From: an uncultured Acidobacteriota bacterium
GTDB lineage: Bacteria; Acidobacteriota; Vicinamibacteria; Vicinamibacterales; UBA8438
Direction of reading: 5' to 3'
Assembly: GCA_913043225.1 (NCBI GenBank)
Contig: CAJWLU010000002.1
Location: 1-64,000 of the forward strand
DNA length: 64,000 bases
Positions 9,277 to 20,952 of the stretch are shown piece by piece (position 1 is the first letter of the stretch; each line of letters opens with the position of its first letter). A program made the translations under genes and the position numbers. The notes below the pieces were generated by a model. That model was not told the DNA's origin. It did not search any database and saw only the letters and a program-made list of their open reading frames with translations.

Positions 9277-11712
9277 ATGAGCGATGAACATCAGCTCCTC
9301 GATGAGGAAGGCGTAGAACGCCCGCTGGCGATTCCGTCCGAGTTGCCCGTGTTGCCGCTGCGAGACACGGTACTGTTCCCCAACTCGTTCATGCCGCTGG
9401 CCGTCGCCCGCGAGAGCTCTGTCCGGTTGATCGAGGAGGCGATCGCCGACAGTCGGCTGGTCGGTGTGTTCACCCAGCTTGAGCCGGGTACCGAAGATCC
9501 GACGCAGGAAGACCTCTACCAGGTTGGGACCGCCACCCACATCCACAAGATGTTTAAGCTGCCGGACGGCACACTCCGGCTGATCGTCCAGGGTCAGACC
9601 CGTCTCCATCTGGAAGAGGTGCTCGACACCCAGCCGTACATCCGAGCCCGGGTGACAGTGGCGGACGAGATCAGCCGAGACGATGACCGCCTCGAGGTCG
9701 ATGCTCTCCAACGGAACATCAAGAACAACTTCCAGCAAGTGGTGTCGTTGTCGCCGCTGCTCTCAGACGACCTACAGGCGTTGGCTGGCAACATCACCGA
9801 GCCGGGGAAACTGGCCGACTTCATCGCGTCGAGCCTCACCACGATCCAGACTTCCACCAAGCAGGAGGTGCTCGGAACGTTGGATGTGAGGACCCGCATG
9901 GAGACCCTGAACCGCACCCTGATCAAGGAACTCGAGGTGCTTGAACTTGGCTCGAAGATCCAGTCTGAGGTGCAGTCGGAAGTGGGCAAGAATCAGCGGG
10001 AGTATCTGCTGCGTGAACAGATGAAAGCCATCCAGAAGGAATTGGGTGAGACCGACGACCAAGCCAAGGAGATCGAGGAGCTCAAGGACAAGATCGAGGC
10101 GGCTGGTATGCCGGAGGCCGTGCAGAAGGAAGTTCTGCGAGAGCTCGACCGGTTGTCGAGAATGCCGGTGGCGGCCGCGGAGTATACGGTGTCCCGCACC
10201 TATATCGACTGGCTGGTGGCGCTACCCTGGGACACCAGGACCGACGAGCTCATCGAGCTGCCTCGCACCAAGGACGTCCTGGACGCTGACCACACTGGCC
10301 TGGAGAAGGCGAAGGACCGCATTCTCGAGTATCTGGCGGTCAGGAAGCTGAATCCTGATATGAAGGGGCCTATCCTGTGCTTCGTGGGGCCTCCTGGCGT
10401 GGGGAAGACCTCGCTCGCGAAGTCGATCGCCCGTTCCCTCGACCGCAAGTTCGTACGGGTGTCGCTCGGCGGCATGCGGGACGAGGCGGAGATTCGCGGG
10501 CATCGTCGGACCTACATCGGCGCCCTTCCTGGTCAGATCATCCAGGGGCTGCGACGTGCCCAGTCGAAGAACCCGGTGTTCATCCTCGACGAGATCGACA
10601 AGCTGGGTGCCGACTTCCGTGGTGATCCGTCGTCGGCGCTACTCGAGGTACTGGACCCCGAACAGAACAACACGTTCCGTGACCACTACCTGGATGTACC
10701 GTTCGATCTGTCCGAGGTCTTGTTTATCACCACCGCGAATGTGCTCGACCCGATCGCTCCGCCGTTGCGCGACCGGATGGAGGTGTTGGAGCTTCCGGGG
10801 TATACCGAAGAGGAGAAGCTGCTGATCGCCAAGGAACACCTCGTCGGACGGCAGATCGAGAACCATGGACTTACCGGCGAACAGATCAGCTTTAACGACG
10901 ATGCTCTACGGAGCCTGATCCGCGGCTATACCCGTGAGGCTGGTGTCCGGAACCTCGAACGCGAGGTGGGCTCGCTGTGCCGCAAGGTGGCTCGCCGACA
11001 TGCCGAAGGCGACACCGACGCGGTGGAGATCACGCCCGAGCTGTTGACCGAGCTGCTGGGGGCGCCTCGATTTCAGGATGAAGAAGTGGCGGAGCGGACG
11101 CGCAACCCGGGTGTGGCGCTGGGACTGGCGTGGACTCCGGCGGGTGGGGACGTACTGTTCGTCGAAGCTACTCGGATGCCAGGCAAGGGCTCGCTGACGC
11201 TTACTGGGCACCTGGGCGACGTCATGAAGGAGTCGGCCCGTGCCGCGCTGTCCTGGTTCCGCGGGCAGACAGCGGCCTACGGAGTGGATCCGAATTTCTA
11301 CCAGGACTCCGAGCTTCATCTCCACGTGCCCTCCGGTGCTATTCCGAAAGACGGACCTTCGGCCGGGATCACGATGGCCACGGCGCTGGCGTCAGAGTTG
11401 ACCGGTCGTCCCGTTCGCGGCGACATTGCAATGACGGGCGAGATCACTTTGTCCGGGCACGTGCTGCCGGTGGGGGGTATCAAGGAGAAGGTGCTCGCCG
11501 CGCGCCGTCACGGATTGCTCGAAGTGATTCTGCCTGAGCAGAACGAGAATAATGTGAAGGAAGACCTAAGCGAAGACCTTCGGCGTGAGCTAACGATCCA
11601 CTTCGTGTCGACGATTGACGACGTACTGCAGCTGGCGCTGCAACCGGCGGCGGCTCGACCCGAGGTCGCTGATTCAGGAGACAAGCCCGAAGTGCACGGC
11701 ACCGTCCAGTAG
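9277..11712 (+). CDS. lon: ATP-dependent Lon protease
   Basis: LON N domain, [22 protein letters not shown] (catalytic Ser), GGIKEK. Confidence 0.97.
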   Translation: MSDEHQLLDEEGVERPLAIPSELPVLPLRDTVLFPNSFMPLAVARESSVRLIEEAIADSRLVGVFTQLEPGTEDPTQEDLYQVGTATHIHKMFKLPDGTLRLIVQGQTRLHLEEVLDTQPYIRARVTVADEISRDDDRLEVDALQRNIKNNFQQVVSLSPLLSDDLQALAGNITEPGKLADFIASSLTTIQTSTKQEVLGTLDVRTRMETLNRTLIKELEVLELGSKIQSEVQSEVGKNQREYLLREQMKAIQKELGETDDQAKEIEELKDKIEAAGMPEAVQKEVLRELDRLSRMPVAAAEYTVSRTYIDWLVALPWDTRTDELIELPRTKDVLDADHTGLEKAKDRILEYLAVRKLNPDMKGPILCFVGPPGVGKTSLAKSIARSLDRKFVRVSLGGMRDEAEIRGHRRTYIGALPGQIIQGLRRAQSKNPVFILDEIDKLGADFRGDPSSALLEVLDPEQNNTFRDHYLDVPFDLSEVLFITTANVLDPIAPPLRDRMEVLELPGYTEEEKLLIAKEHLVGRQIENHGLTGEQISFNDDALRSLIRGYTREAGVRNLEREVGSLCRKVARRHAEGDTDAVEITPELLTELLGAPRFQDEEVAERTRNPGVALGLAWTPAGGDVLFVEATRMPGKGSLTLTGHLGDVMKESARAALSWFRGQTAAYGVDPNFYQDSELHLHVPSGAIPKDGPSAGITMATALASELTGRPVRGDIAMTGEITLSGHVLPVGGIKEKVLAARRHGLLEVILPEQNENNVKEDLSEDLRRELTIHFVSTIDDVLQLALQPAAARPEVADSGDKPEVHGTVQ

Positions 11713-11726
11713 CAGACGGTCGGGAG

Positions 11727-12560
11727 TCATCGCTGACGGGTTGGTACCCACGCCGTGGTGCGTCCGCCCAGGGTCAGAAACTCGATCGGCTCTCCACCGA
11801 TCCGGGCGTCATTCCGTTTCCCCCATCGCTGGTGAAACAGCCAGGTTCGAGGAAAGCGGGTCTTGTCCGCGTCCACAGCGACAGCCTTCGTCACCACCCG
11901 CTTCAACGCGCTCCGGAGTGTCCCGATCTCGCTTCGGGTCAGCGTGTTGGCTCGTCGTCGCGGGTCGAGCCTGGCCTGGAAGAGTACTTCGTCGGCGATC
12001 CAGTTGCCGACGCCGGCGGCGAAGCTCTGGTCGAGGAGCACTAACTTTATTACGGCGCTTCGGCTTGACACGAGATCTGCGAACTCGCCTGGGGCCGGCA
12101 GATCGATGAGCGGATCGAAGCCCAGCCGGCTAATAGGGGGCGTGGTGACCGGGTTCTTGCGGAGCCGGAGTCGGCCGAGGCGTCGCTTGTTGGTGAACGC
12201 GAGTTCGGCGCCGTCGTCGAGTTCGAGCCGCAGCTTGGTGAAGCGAGGTGGCCAGACGGTCTCCGGCGCGCGCGGACCAGACTCCAGCTGAATCGGCGCT
12301 TCGTCCCGACTTCGCAGGTCGCCGGTCATGCCCAGATGAAACAGGGGCCAGGGACGTCGGTCCAATTCCAGCCAGAAGTACTTGCCTCGTCGACCGGTTC
12401 CGGTGATCGCGCGGTCGAGCAGGGCGCGTCGCATTCGTGCCGGCGTCGTGTCCTCGACCACGATCGGGTCCTTCGCGCACCAGACGGCCACGATTCGCTT
12501 CCCGGTGCCAACCCGCGCCGCGAGTCGTCGCGCCCGTTCTACTTCAGGTAGTTCCGGCAT
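11727..12560 (-). CDS. mutM: Fpg/Nei family DNA glycosylase, zincless-finger type
   Basis: MPELPEVE, RRGK, HLGMTG, LLDQ..GVGNWIADEVL. The C-terminus has GGRTTAW and no Cys4. Confidence 0.92.
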   Translation of the reverse strand: MPELPEVERARRLAARVGTGKRIVAVWCAKDPIVVEDTTPARMRRALLDRAITGTGRRGKYFWLELDRRPWPLFHLGMTGDLRSRDEAPIQLESGPRAPETVWPPRFTKLRLELDDGAELAFTNKRRLGRLRLRKNPVTTPPISRLGFDPLIDLPAPGEFADLVSSRSAVIKLVLLDQSFAAGVGNWIADEVLFQARLDPRRRANTLTRSEIGTLRSALKRVVTKAVAVDADKTRFPRTWLFHQRWGKRNDARIGGEPIEFLTLGGRTTAWVPTRQR

Positions 12561-12563
12561 GCC

Positions 12564-13082
12564 TCAGACCATCGTCAAGCCGGCCGCCGTCTTCATATCA
12601 GGTGCATCGCCAGCTGTGACCAGCGCACGCGCCTCTGCCAGCGTGAAGGTATGGATCTCCAGGTCCTCGTCTTCGTCTGGGCTGGCCAGTTCGGCGGGCT
12701 CGTAGAGTTCCGTCGCGCGGTAGAAGAACATCAGCTCATCGCAATAGCCAGGCGTGGGATAGAGCTGGGCGGCTTGCTCGAGAAGGCCTGGCCGCTGCCC
12801 GATCTCTTCGTGGCATTCTCGGCGTGCGGCCTCTTCCGGCGACTCACCGGGGTCCACGCTGCCGGCCGGTAGTTCCCACAGCCAGCGGTCGATGGCGTAC
12901 CGATACTGGCGCACTAGGATCACGTGGTCGGGGTCTGGCAGTGGGATCAGTACCACCGAGGCCGGGTGTCGGATTACGTGCAGGGTCGCGGTGGGGCCAT
13001 GGGACAGCTGCACTTGGTCCGCCTCTACCGAGAACACCTTGCCAGTGAAGATGGTCTCCCCGCTGAGTCTGGCTTTGTTCAT
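12564..13082 (-). CDS. NUDIX hydrolase (ADP-ribose pyrophosphatase-like)
   Basis: Nudix box GSVDPGESPEEAARRECHEEIG; VRQYRY; TPG. Confidence 0.9.
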   Translation of the reverse strand: MNKARLSGETIFTGKVFSVEADQVQLSHGPTATLHVIRHPASVVLIPLPDPDHVILVRQYRYAIDRWLWELPAGSVDPGESPEEAARRECHEEIGQRPGLLEQAAQLYPTPGYCDELMFFYRATELYEPAELASPDEDEDLEIHTFTLAEARALVTAGDAPDMKTAAGLTMV

Positions 13083-14041
13083 CGTTCCGCTCGGTCGCGC
13101 CGGGCGCGAAGCATGTCCAACACCGCTTGCAGATCGTCGGCCAGCGGCGCGGTGAACTCCACCCGCCGGCCGTCCCGGGGATGCACGAAACCGAGGCGGT
13201 AGGCGTGAAGAAACGGGCGGTCGAGTGTGCCCAGCACCCGGTGGTCGGCAGCGAGGTGTTTCCGCACGCCTCCGTAGACCGAGTCGCCGACCACAGGGTG
13301 CCCGATGCTGTTGAGGTGCACCCGGATCTGATGCGTTCGTCCCGTCGCGATGGCGATCATCGCGAGCGTCAGTCCACGCAACCGTTCCGTGCCGGTGATC
13401 CTGGTGACCGCCGAACGAGCCCGTCGCGCCCGGGTCGACATCTTCTGTCGGTGGACCGGGTCTCGACCTAGCGGTGCGTCTATCCGTCGGCCTGTGTTGA
13501 TCAGGCCCCAGACCAGCGCCAAGTAGGCTTTCTCGATCTTGCGGTCCGCAAACTGTTGCGACAGTTCGAGGTGTGCCGCATCGTGCTTGGCTACCACCAT
13601 CACGCCCGAGGTGCCGCGGTCGAGACGGTGGACTATGCCTGGACGCTGCTCTCCGCCGATGCCGCTCAGTCCCTGCACATGGTGCAGCAGTGCGTTCACC
13701 AGGGTGCCTCGTTTATGACCGGCCGCTGGGTGCACCACCATGCCCGCCGGCTTGTTCACCACCACCAGATCCGGGTCGTCGTGCAGGATCTCTAGCGGGA
13801 GGTCTTCGGCCGCCGGCGTCGCCGGCACCGGCGCGGGAATATCCAGGTCCACCAGATCACCGGTATGTACCGCGTGACTTACCCGGGCCTGCTGCTGGTT
13901 GAGCTGGACGTGACCGTCCCGGATTAGGCGCTGCACCTGCGAGCGGGACCGTCCCGGGAGCATCGCCGTAATGTAGTGGTCCAGCCGGGTGCCTTCGTGC
14001 TCCTCGGTGACCTCGAGGGACGGTTGTTCGGTGGGGCTCAT
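13079..14041 (-). CDS. rluD: RluA family pseudouridine synthase
   Basis: S4 domain, NKPAGMVVHP, VHRLDRGTSG, TGRTHQIRVH. Confidence 0.93.
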   Translation of the reverse strand: MSPTEQPSLEVTEEHEGTRLDHYITAMLPGRSRSQVQRLIRDGHVQLNQQQARVSHAVHTGDLVDLDIPAPVPATPAAEDLPLEILHDDPDLVVVNKPAGMVVHPAAGHKRGTLVNALLHHVQGLSGIGGEQRPGIVHRLDRGTSGVMVVAKHDAAHLELSQQFADRKIEKAYLALVWGLINTGRRIDAPLGRDPVHRQKMSTRARRARSAVTRITGTERLRGLTLAMIAIATGRTHQIRVHLNSIGHPVVGDSVYGGVRKHLAADHRVLGTLDRPFLHAYRLGFVHPRDGRRVEFTAPLADDLQAVLDMLRARRDRAER

Positions 14042-14063
14042 CGGGCCTGGCGGCTCCGTCCCC

Positions 14064-14855
14064 TCAGGCGGTCTGGTCCGGAGCCGCCGCGCGCCGGCCC
14101 AGATAGATCAGCATGATGACGCTGATCGGCACGATCAGGCCGGAGAGGAACTGCGAGGTCGGGATCGTGTCGAAGGCCATACCGCGCGGATCGCCTCGGT
14201 AGAACTCGATGATGATCCGGGCGATCGGGTACAGCAAAAGGTAGGTCCAGAACGTCCGGCCTGGGAATGGTCTCCAACGCCGCTCACCAACGAGCAGCGT
14301 TCCCAGCACGAGCAGTTCCGCGACTGCTTCGTACACCTGAGTGGGGTGGAGGGCGATATCCAACGGAGTGCCGACGTTGGCGGCCGCCAGCGTGCTGTTG
14401 AACGTGATGCCCCACGGGAGATCCGTGGCGCTGCCGTAGCAGCACCCGGCCAGCAGACACCCCATGCGCCCGATGGCGTGCCCCAGGGCGATGCCTGGTG
14501 CGAACAGGTCACAGGTGGTCCAGAGCGGCAGCCGATGCCGGCGGATGTACCACCAGGCGACCGGGACGGCGAGCAGCAGGCCTCCGTAAAACACGCCTCC
14601 GGACTTGAGCAACACCATCAACGCGGCCGGATCGCTGATGAACCGGTCGATATCGACCAGGAACAGCATCAGCTTGGCGCCGACCAGCGCACTGATGATC
14701 ACGAAGATCCCGAGGTCCATGACCCGCTGGCCGTTGAGACCCGCCTGGTTGGCTCGGCGAAGGGCGAACTGCAGACCGACAATGTAGGCGGTTGCCAGTA
14801 GCACGCCGTAGCTGTAGATGCTGAGGGGGCCCAGCTCAAACAGAAGTGGATACAT
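14064..14855 (-). CDS. lgt: Prolipoprotein diacylglyceryl transferase
   Basis: SYG, FYGG, IGRMGCLLAGCCYG, HPTQVYE, EFYR. Confidence 0.93.
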   Translation of the reverse strand: MYPLLFELGPLSIYSYGVLLATAYIVGLQFALRRANQAGLNGQRVMDLGIFVIISALVGAKLMLFLVDIDRFISDPAALMVLLKSGGVFYGGLLLAVPVAWWYIRRHRLPLWTTCDLFAPGIALGHAIGRMGCLLAGCCYGSATDLPWGITFNSTLAAANVGTPLDIALHPTQVYEAVAELLVLGTLLVGERRWRPFPGRTFWTYLLLYPIARIIIEFYRGDPRGMAFDTIPTSQFLSGLIVPISVIMLIYLGRRAAAPDQTA

Positions 14856-15405
14856 CGTTGCCGCCAGACACGAACATATCGAGGATGAGCAGAGATGCGC
14901 CGACCGTGATGGCCGAATCGGCCACGTTGAACGCCCAGAAGTGATAAGACCGCCAGTAGACGTCGACGAAGTCGACCACGTAGCCGACCGAGGCCCGGTC
15001 GACGAGGTTGCCGAGGGCGCCGCCGAGGATCAGCGCGAGGCCCGCACGCGCGAGTGTCTCTCGCGTGCCGACCTGTGAGGCATAGAGCGAGATTGCGCCC
15101 AATGCGACTAGCGCGATTGCGGTCATGAGCAGCTGCTTGTTGGCCATGTCAGCCGAGTTCAGGAACCCGAACGCCGCGCCCGTGTTCCTGACATGCACCA
15201 GATTGAACAGCCCCGGGATCACCTCGATCGAGTCGTGGAGCGAGATCTGGGTACGAACCGCGTACTTCGTGAGCTGATCCGCCACGAGGATGACCACCGC
15301 GACGACGATCATCACCCGCCTGGTCATCCAGCTGGGCGGCAGCGGCGTCGACTCGGCTGGTACGTCTGTTGTCGCGGCCGCCGGGATGCTGGGGTTGATG
15401 CCCAT
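14836..15405 (-). CDS. lspA: Signal peptidase II
   Basis: DQLTK, NTGAAFG, GGALGNLVDR, VVDF, FNVADSAI. Start is 15405 or 15327. Confidence 0.93.
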   Translation of the reverse strand: MGINPSIPAAATTDVPAESTPLPPSWMTRRVMIVVAVVILVADQLTKYAVRTQISLHDSIEVIPGLFNLVHVRNTGAAFGFLNSADMANKQLLMTAIALVALGAISLYASQVGTRETLARAGLALILGGALGNLVDRASVGYVVDFVDVYWRSYHFWAFNVADSAITVGASLLILDMFVSGGNDVSTSV

Positions 15406-15416
15406 CTCGACGCTTT

Positions 15417-18245
15417 CTAGGCGACCGGAGCGGCCGCGGTTGACATCGCATCGGCGCAGCGCGCGCACAGGTCGTCGTCGTTCTCGGTGCCCGCCTGGCG
15501 TACCCAGCGCCAGCAACGCGGACAGCGGGATCCGGCGACTCTGGTTACGTCGATACGGACCCGTCCGTTGGCTTCGGCGTGGACCGTGGGATCGTTGTCA
15601 GCGTCCCCACCGACGATGCCCGATTCGACCGTGACGGCCGACGTGATGAAGAGCATCGGGAGGTCCGCTTCGTATCTCGTTAGCAGATCAGCCAGGGTAC
15701 CCTCAGCGGTAAGTGTGACCGCCGCTTCGAGCGAAGTCCCCACGACCTTGGCCTGTCGGAGTTTCTCGAGCTCTCCGTTCACGGCGTTCCGCACGTTGAC
15801 GAGTCGGTCCCAGCGTGCGGCAAGCTTGGGGTCCGAGAGCCGGTCGAGTCCGGCCGGGAAATCGGCCAGATGCACGCTGGCCTCGTCGGCGGCGGGCAGC
15901 GCCCGCCACAGCTCGTCCGCGGTGACGGGAAGAATCGGCGCGAACAGCCTGGCCAGGCCGTCGACGATCGTGTGGATCGCCGTCTGTGCCGATCGGCGCT
16001 CGGGTGCGTCCGGGCCGAAGGTGTAGAGCCGGTCCTTCGAGATATCCACGTAGAAGGCACTCAGGTCGACCGTGAGGTAGTGGTTGAGCGTGTGTACCGC
16101 GGTCTGGAATTCGTAGGCATCGTACGCCTGAAGCACGCTCGTCGCCACCTCGCCGTAGCGGCTGAGGGCATATCGGTCCACCTCGGTCAACTGGCCAGGG
16201 GCGAGAGCGTCCCGAGCCGGATCGAAGTCGTACAGGTTCGCTACCAGGATCCGGAGCGTATTCCGGATCTTCCGATAGGCCTCGATGATGCGTGCCAGAA
16301 TGTGAGGGCCGATCCGGACCTCTTCGCGGTAGTCGACCATGGCCACCCAGAGCCGCAGGACCTCCGCCCCGCTCTTCTCGATGATGGCCTGTGGCTCGAT
16401 GGTGTTGCCCACCGACTTCGACATCTTCCGGCCGGCCTCATCCACCACGAAGCCGTGGGTGATGACCTGGCGGTAGGGGGCCGCGTCCCGAGTGCCCAGG
16501 CCCACGAGTAGCGAGCTATGGAACCAGCCCCGATACTGGTCGCTTCCCTCGAGGTAGACGTCGTAGGGCCAGCCGAGCTCCGGGTGATCACCCTGGATGC
16601 CTTCATGGCTAGAGCCGGAGTCGAACCAGACGTCGAGAATGTCACGTTCCCGCTCGAAGTCGGTGCCGTCACACTCGGGACAGCGCAGCCCGTCGGGAAG
16701 GAACTCGTCCAGCTCCCGCTCGTACCAGGCATCGGCGCCGTGCTTGGCGAAGACCGAAGCAGCCCGTTCGGTCAACTCGGGGGTCAGGACCGCTTCGCGG
16801 CATCCCGTGCAGTACACCGCCGGAATCGGCACGCCCCAGGAACGCTGGCGGGAGATGCACCAGTCGGGCCGATTGGCCAGCATATTGTGGATGCGCTCCT
16901 CGCCCCAGGCGGGGAACCACTCTGTCCCTTCGACGGCGGCGAGCGCCCGTCCTCGGAGGTTGTCCCGGTCCATGGCGATGAACCACTGCCAGGTCGCGAG
17001 GAAGATAACCGGCCGGTGACAGCGCCAGCAGTGCGGGTAGGTGTGGTCGATCGTATCCCGATGCCACAATCGTTCCCGTTCGGCCAGCGCCGCCTCCACT
17101 TTCGGGTTGGCGTCGAAGACCTTCTCGCCACCGACGATCTCGACATCATCGTCGAACCGGCCCGAGTGTCCGATCGGCGCATAAATCTCCAGCCCGTAGC
17201 GGGTTCCCGTCACGTAGTCGTCGGCGCCGTGCCCAGGCGCGGTGTGGACCGCACCGGTGCCCTGCTCCAGGGTGACGTAGTCGGCTAGCACGCCGACAGA
17301 GTCCCGGTCGTAGAGCGGGTGGCGGAATCGTAGTCCTTCCAGGTCGCAGCCCTTCAGGCTCCCGATCCGGTTCGAGAAGTCGCGCCCGATGATCTCGCCA
17401 ACCGACTCGGCCAGCGACTGGGTCAGGATTACGGCGGTCCCGTCCACATCGTACGCCGCGTAGTCGAATTTCGGGTGGAACGCCACGGCGAGGTTCGACG
17501 GGATGGTCCACGGCGTCGTGGTCCAGATCAGCACCGAAACGGGCCGGTCCGCCAACGCCGGGGCCCGCTCGGCGAGCAGGCGGGCGCTTTCGTCCCGAAG
17601 CCGAAATTCCACGTAGATCGAGGGGGAGGTATGCTCCTCGTGCTCGACCTCGGCCTCGGCCAGCGCGGTCCGACAATGGAGACACCAGTGGACGGGCTTC
17701 TTGCCCTTGTACACCGCTCCGTGTTCGACGAACCGGCCCAGGGCGCGGACAATGGCGGCTTGATACCCCGGGCTCATGGTCAGATATGGCTGGTCCCAGG
17801 CACCGAGGACGCCGAGCCGACGGAAGTCCTTGCCCTGTAGCTCGACGAACTCCTGGGCGTACTCGCGGCAGGCTCGTCGGAAGTCGGCGACGCTCAACTC
17901 CCGCTTCTTCTTGCCGAGCTGCTTGTCGACCTTGAGCTCGATCGGCAGGCCGTGGCAGTCCCAGCCGGGGATATACGGGGCATCGAAGCCGGCCATTGTC
18001 TTGGACTTGACGATGACGTCCTTGAGGATCTTGTTCAGCGCGTGCCCGATGTGAATCTGCCCGTTGGCGTATGGAGGGCCATCGTGTAGGACGAAGCGCG
18101 GCGCGCCAGCGCGCTGGTTCCGAATTCGCTCGTAGAGGCCCATTTCGTCCCACCTGGCGATGGCTGCCGGCTCCGTCGTCTGGAGATTGGCCTTCATCGG
18201 GAAGTCTGTTTGGGGGAGATTGAGCGTCGTTTTCCAGTCAGACAT
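15417..18245 (-). CDS. ileS: Isoleucine--tRNA ligase
   Basis: [25 protein letters not shown] and a C-terminal zinc finger. Confidence 0.98.
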   Translation of the reverse strand: MSDWKTTLNLPQTDFPMKANLQTTEPAAIARWDEMGLYERIRNQRAGAPRFVLHDGPPYANGQIHIGHALNKILKDVIVKSKTMAGFDAPYIPGWDCHGLPIELKVDKQLGKKKRELSVADFRRACREYAQEFVELQGKDFRRLGVLGAWDQPYLTMSPGYQAAIVRALGRFVEHGAVYKGKKPVHWCLHCRTALAEAEVEHEEHTSPSIYVEFRLRDESARLLAERAPALADRPVSVLIWTTTPWTIPSNLAVAFHPKFDYAAYDVDGTAVILTQSLAESVGEIIGRDFSNRIGSLKGCDLEGLRFRHPLYDRDSVGVLADYVTLEQGTGAVHTAPGHGADDYVTGTRYGLEIYAPIGHSGRFDDDVEIVGGEKVFDANPKVEAALAERERLWHRDTIDHTYPHCWRCHRPVIFLATWQWFIAMDRDNLRGRALAAVEGTEWFPAWGEERIHNMLANRPDWCISRQRSWGVPIPAVYCTGCREAVLTPELTERAASVFAKHGADAWYERELDEFLPDGLRCPECDGTDFERERDILDVWFDSGSSHEGIQGDHPELGWPYDVYLEGSDQYRGWFHSSLLVGLGTRDAAPYRQVITHGFVVDEAGRKMSKSVGNTIEPQAIIEKSGAEVLRLWVAMVDYREEVRIGPHILARIIEAYRKIRNTLRILVANLYDFDPARDALAPGQLTEVDRYALSRYGEVATSVLQAYDAYEFQTAVHTLNHYLTVDLSAFYVDISKDRLYTFGPDAPERRSAQTAIHTIVDGLARLFAPILPVTADELWRALPAADEASVHLADFPAGLDRLSDPKLAARWDRLVNVRNAVNGELEKLRQAKVVGTSLEAAVTLTAEGTLADLLTRYEADLPMLFITSAVTVESGIVGGDADNDPTVHAEANGRVRIDVTRVAGSRCPRCWRWVRQAGTENDDDLCARCADAMSTAAAPVA

Positions 18246-18374
18246 CGGTACTTCCTGCTGATCTTCCCATTGTAGTGCATGGCCTAGGGCCGCCCTGTGG
18301 CGAGCCTGCCGCCAGGAAGACGCTCTGTATAATTGACGCCGTGTACCTGCCTGCCAATTCCCGAGATGAAGCGC

Positions 18375-18955
18375 TTTCGACTTCCTACGCGGCCCATCTC
18401 GACAACGGTCTCCAAGTGCTCGTGCAGGACTCGTGTGCGCTGGGTGTGGTGCTGGTAATAGGTCGGCTCACGGGACGAATCCCCGGGTCTGACCGGCGTC
18501 TTGCACTGGGTCGAGCACATAAACTTAAGGGTACCCGGGAGGACGAGTTCAAGCAGGTGATCGAGCGGTCCGGGGGCTTCTGGAACGGTTACACCTGGAT
18601 TGACCAGACAACCTACGTGTCCACTGCGACGCGTGACGCGTTCGACCAGACGTTGACGTTGGAAGCCGAGCAGATGGACGGCGGTCTCTACGCCCCGGAG
18701 GCGTTCGAGGTCGAGTTGGCCAGTGCCAAGCAGTATCACGCCGGCGCGATGCCCCGCTCGCTCGAGACCAACGCCGGCATTGCCCGTTTCCTGCACACAA
18801 ATGAACAGTTCGGTCTCGAACTCGACTACGACCTTCGGCTCACTGAACTTGTCGATGCCGTCACGCTTGACGATGAGGCCGATGCTGCGCGGGCGGCCTT
18901 GGCCGCCGACCGGGCGGTGATTGCGATTGCCGAGCCCTACGAGGACCCGCCGTGA
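18375..18955 (+). pseudogene. Decayed M16 (pitrilysin/insulinase) peptidase
   Basis: An alternative frame reads [23 protein letters not shown] (stops at 18456-18461). A frameshift near 18525 leads into KGT..GGFWNGYTWIDQTTY, fused to an M16 C-terminal tail. Start is approximate. Confidence 0.8.
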
Positions 18956-19629
18956 AGGCGGTGCTCTTCGACGTCGATTTCACGCTTATCTATCCCGGGG
19001 CGCGGTTCGATGCCACAGGGTACGAGGCGTTTGGTCGCCAGCATGGCTTGGCCGTCGATCCCGCACGGTTCCCGGCGGCCGTCGCTGCCGCTGCCGCTGA
19101 ACTCGAGGTGGGAAACGATCCGACCTATCGTCCGGAGCTGTTCGTCCGCTACGTCCGAAGGCTCATGGAGGAGATGGGTGGAGAGGGACCCGGCCTGGAT
19201 GCGTGCGCCAGGGAGGTGTACGAGGAATGGGCGGCCTGTCGCCATTTCTCGCTCTATGACGACGTGATTCCAGCGCTCGAGCAGCTCCACGCGCGAGGCT
19301 TTCGGCTGGGTCTGGTGTCCAACACCCATCGGTGCCTCGATAGCTTCAGGCGACACTTTAACTTGGACTCGTTCATCACCGCCGTGGTTTCCTCATCGGA
19401 CCATGGTTACATGAAACCGCATCCCAGCATCTTCGAGGCGGCATTGCGTGCGCTCGAGGTTGAGGCGGGAGAGGCCGTCATGGTTGGCGATAGCGTGAGC
19501 CATGACATCAGCGGCGCGCGTCAGGTGGGCATGCACGCCGTGTTGCTCGACCGTGCCGGCGAGATCACCGACTTACCGCCCGACGTGCCGGTGATCCGCA
19601 CTCTCCACGCCCTCACCGACGTCGTGTAG
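18952..19629 (+). CDS. HAD family hydrolase
   Basis: FDVDFTL, VSN, KPHPSIF, VGDSVSHD. Confidence 0.9.
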   Translation: MKAVLFDVDFTLIYPGARFDATGYEAFGRQHGLAVDPARFPAAVAAAAAELEVGNDPTYRPELFVRYVRRLMEEMGGEGPGLDACAREVYEEWAACRHFSLYDDVIPALEQLHARGFRLGLVSNTHRCLDSFRRHFNLDSFITAVVSSSDHGYMKPHPSIFEAALRALEVEAGEAVMVGDSVSHDISGARQVGMHAVLLDRAGEITDLPPDVPVIRTLHALTDVV

Positions 19630-19689
19630 GACAAGCCCCCCTGCCGTTCACAAAAGAATTCTGGCGAGACGGTCGTTCCGTACGGATTC

Positions 19690-20037
19690 CTAGCCAGGTG
19701 GCCAGGTCATCGAGCGGCCTGCCAGCAGGTGCAGGTGGATGTGGAACACCGTCTGGCCTGCACCTCGGCCGCAGTTGAAGACGGTTCGATAGCCGTCTTC
19801 GGCGTGCCCTTTGTCCTTGGCGATCTGGGTGGCACGCGTGATGAGTGAACCCGTCAGGGCCGTGTCGTCTGGAGTCAAGTCGTTCAGGGTCGAGATGTGC
19901 TTGCGGGGGATGACCAGGACGTGGAATGGCGCCTGGGGGCTGATGTCTTCGAAGGCCAGCATCTCGTCGTCCTCATAGACAAGCGTTGCCGGGATCTCGT
20001 GTTTCGCGATCTTGCAGAACAGGCAGTCGTCGGGCAT
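19690..20037 (-). CDS. hinT: Histidine triad nucleotide-binding protein
   Basis: CLFCKI..GQTVFHIHLHLL. Confidence 0.93.
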   Translation of the reverse strand: MPDDCLFCKIAKHEIPATLVYEDDEMLAFEDISPQAPFHVLVIPRKHISTLNDLTPDDTALTGSLITRATQIAKDKGHAEDGYRTVFNCGRGAGQTVFHIHLHLLAGRSMTWPPG

Positions 20038-20079
20038 GGGACGAGTGTAGTGCGCCTGACGCGCAGGCCGAAGTGCAAC

Positions 20080-20952
20080 TCACGCTCGCCGGACCACGGC
20101 GGCACGTGGAATCCCCTGCAGGTCGTCACGAATGTCGGTCACGCGCAACGTGCCTCGAGCTTCGACGAGCGCCCGAAGGTCTTTGGCCTGGCCGGCCCCC
20201 AGTTCCAGCAGTAGACGGCCGTCTGGAGCGAGCAGCACTCCGACTCCTTCCACGATATTGCGAAAGGCATCGAGGCCGTCTGGTCCCGCCGTGAGCGCGA
20301 GCCACGGTTCGTAGTCGCGCACCTCAGGCTGGAGCCGATCCGTGTCGGCGTCTCGCACGTATGGTGGGTTACTCACGATCAGATGGAAGTCGCCCGCGAG
20401 GCCATTTGTCCAGTCGCCTTCAACGAACTCGATTCGCTCGGTGACCCCGTGGCGGATAGCGTTACTGCGCGCGACCTCTAAGGCCACCGGCGACAGGTCG
20501 ACGGCGGTGACCCTGCTAGCCGGTAGTTCGGCCGCCAGTGTCACGGCGAGACAGCCGGAGCCGGTGCCCAGGTCGAGCACCCGCAGCTCCTCGAAGGCTG
20601 GGACGAGTTCGAGCGCAACTTCAACTAGAAGCTCTGTTTCTGGTCGCGGGGTCAGAACGTCCCTAGTTACCCGGATGTTCCGGCCCCAGAACTCCCGGCC
20701 TCCCGTGATCTGCGATACCGGTTCTCGTTGGCATCGTCTGGCGATCAACGCATCGTAGGCGGCACCGAGTCCGGCCGGAACCGGATCGCGCAGGGCAGAG
20801 AGGTAGCGGCTGCGAGTCCACGACAGGATATGGCGCGCCAACACTTCGGCGTCCACAGTGGCATCGGTGCCGGAGAGTCCTGCATCAACCAGGCGGTGGG
20901 CCGCGAACTGGACCCGTTCGGCGAGAGTGGGAGGGCGGGTGGACCCCGTCAC
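20080..20952 (-). CDS. prmC: Release factor glutamine methyltransferase
   Basis: PRPETE, DLGTGSG, NPPY; follows prfA. Confidence 0.95.
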   Translation of the reverse strand: MTGSTRPPTLAERVQFAAHRLVDAGLSGTDATVDAEVLARHILSWTRSRYLSALRDPVPAGLGAAYDALIARRCQREPVSQITGGREFWGRNIRVTRDVLTPRPETELLVEVALELVPAFEELRVLDLGTGSGCLAVTLAAELPASRVTAVDLSPVALEVARSNAIRHGVTERIEFVEGDWTNGLAGDFHLIVSNPPYVRDADTDRLQPEVRDYEPWLALTAGPDGLDAFRNIVEGVGVLLAPDGRLLLELGAGQAKDLRALVEARGTLRVTDIRDDLQGIPRAAVVRRA

